A stretch of 64,000 nt of DNA from Balanoglossus misakiensis (Eukaryota > Animalia > Hemichordata): positions 930,001 through 994,000 of the forward strand of contig CM082582.2 of NCBI GenBank assembly GCA_040954595.2, written 5' to 3'. This document shows, one piece after another, positions 62,496-64,000 of this stretch (positions within the stretch are counted from its first letter, which is position 1; each line of letters opens with the position of its first letter). The notes below the pieces were generated by a model that saw only the letters and a program-made list of their open reading frames with translations, ran no database searches and was not told the DNA's origin. A program made the position numbers and the translations under genes.

Positions 62496-62688
62496 AAAAG
62501 AGGCATTGTGCCCTAGTGGCTAGGGTTGTGGGTTCGTTACCTAGACCTGGACATTTGGGTAGTATTTGCCTGTTGGATGATATATGAGACACAGACATTT
62601 GGGTAGTATTTGCCTGTTGGATGATAGATGAAATAAAATTAAAAATATATATATAGACAAATAAACTGTGTTCTCCTTTCTTTTACAT

Positions 62689-62889
62689 CATTTGATTGTG
62701 AAAAGCCAGCACCACCAGTTAAAGGTATTTCCATCTGTAATGAGTTTGAGTCGGGTGTGTTCTGTCAGGTGGATTGTTTACCAGGATACAAGTTTGCAAG
62801 CCTGCCAGCACCTTACTATCTCTGCCATAGTGAAGGATCTTTTAATCCTGAGAATCCAGACGAGGAATTCACCTTCCCTGGATGTTCAG
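62689..62889 (+). CDS. Internal exon: Sushi/CCP domain; the expected acceptor reads AT rather than AG
   Basis: FDCEKPAPPVKGISICNEFESGVFCQVDCLPGYKF..YYLC..FTFPGCS; donor GTGAG at 62890; the pyrimidine tract ends TTTTACAT. Confidence 0.8.
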
Positions 62890-63292
62890 GTGAGAAAAAA
62901 ATGATTTGGTATCAGTAAAGAAATATAATCAGGTTGCACATGCACATTCAGAAAATTCTCCAAAGAGAGAGAGTTGTGAGAGGGGGTATTCCAGCATTGA
63001 GACAATTTTCTTTTAGTTATAAATGAAAAGAGAAATATGAGTAATGCAAATTCTTGCTTTACAGTATGTCAAGGTTGTGATTACAGGTAGATAATTTGTT
63101 AACATCATATCTGCTTACCCCAATATAAAGCTCCAGTACATTTGAGCTATTTTCTTAATATTTTGTTCTGGGTAAGCAGCTGTAACTTTCCTGATTGGCT
63201 AAGCGGTTTCGCAGTCTAAGTCAATACATCGTTCGCTAGATTGAAAATTGCATCTTTAACAAAATTTGTTTGTTTGTATTGTTCTACTGCAG

Positions 63293-63545
63293 CTCCTGGG
63301 AAGACTCAACGTGGAGTGAATTGTGGCGTGTCATACAATTCACAGGCTGGTACATGTAACAATGGTGTCATCCAGCAATTGAGGATCAGTTTTATGAACA
63401 CTATCAACTATCTGAATGATTTGTTTGGTATTTGTGGCGGTGAATGCAACTTTGATGACCTTGAAATAACCTGCGGCGCCTCAAACCGAAGAAAGAGACA
63501 GGCTGATACTCAGCTTGTGGTTCAGTTCAGTTTCACAACCAATGC
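63293..63545 (+). CDS. Internal exon: Cys-rich linker with a furin-type RRKR site
   Basis: CTGCAG acceptor; ..ICGGECNFDDLEITCGASNRRKRQADTQLVVQFSFT; GTGAGT donor; in phase with the Sushi exon. Confidence 0.85.
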
Positions 63546-63834
63546 GTGAGTAGTAATTGTTATTTTTCGAGTATTTCATTCCCCTTCTGTTCTATTGAAA
63601 TGACTTTGGTGACATGTCTAGGGTACTGATCCCAGGCTGTGTGAGGACCAGCTCTGTATTCCCTATACAGCTGGTGTTTGCATTATTGCAAAATATTCCA
63701 TTCATGCAAGTGAAAACATATTATTTTGTGTCTTAACACTCAAACATTTTCAGTTTTTGGCAACCCCATCATTTCTGCCCACCTTCCTTCATGTTGCGGC
63801 ATCCTGTATTCTAAAGATTCATGCATTCGAAATA

Positions 63835-64000
63835 TACTGCAAAACGTGTTATTTTCGCGAGCAGTAAATTTCTGCAAAACATGTGCTGGTCAAAAAAACG
63901 TTAAAATAAAAAGTTGTGTAAAATGTTTTTGGAGATAATGATGCAGTTAGTGAAATACGAGAACTCGAAAATTCGTCCTCACGTAACAGTCGCCTCTTTT
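63835..64000 (+). mobile_element. Start of a Tc1/mariner-type MITE, cut by the window edge
   Basis: TACTGCAAAACGTGTTATTTTCGCG resembles the ends at 51048 and 61779. Confidence 0.45.

Noticed and set aside
59117-63545. Assigning the gene symbol SVEP1
   Set aside because: Only a partial domain string is visible and many invertebrate paralogs share it; orthology cannot be shown here.

Overview
AT-rich, repeat-dense animal genomic DNA, probably from a marine invertebrate (inference from the gene and TE content). About 4.5-58.9 kb is a Helentron/Helitron2 complex. It contains one intact 2373-aa OTU-Rep(HUH/Y2)-Pif1-APE transposase ORF (28860-35981, minus) and more than a dozen ~1.2-1.5 kb non-autonomous HINE-type copies. 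Their 5' heads and bodies pair up largely last-in-first-out, i.e. the elements repeatedly inserted into the T/(TTTC)n tract just inside the 5' end of their own relatives. Older Helentron-derived sequence carries three decayed RPA70-like OB-fold gene remnants (11.3-13.4 kb) and a tRNA-like fold. A possible decayed F-box/LRR gene lies next to the transposase. Several DNA-transposon MITEs (9-, 5-, 3- and 2-bp TSDs) and a Penelope-type hammerhead remnant are nested in the region. From 59117 onward there are six internal exons of a plus-strand pentraxin-EGF-HYR-Sushi (SVEP1-like) gene, so the whole TE complex probably lies in one very large intron. All calls come from reading the sequence by eye; no searches or alignments were run, and boundaries of degenerate repeats are approximate.
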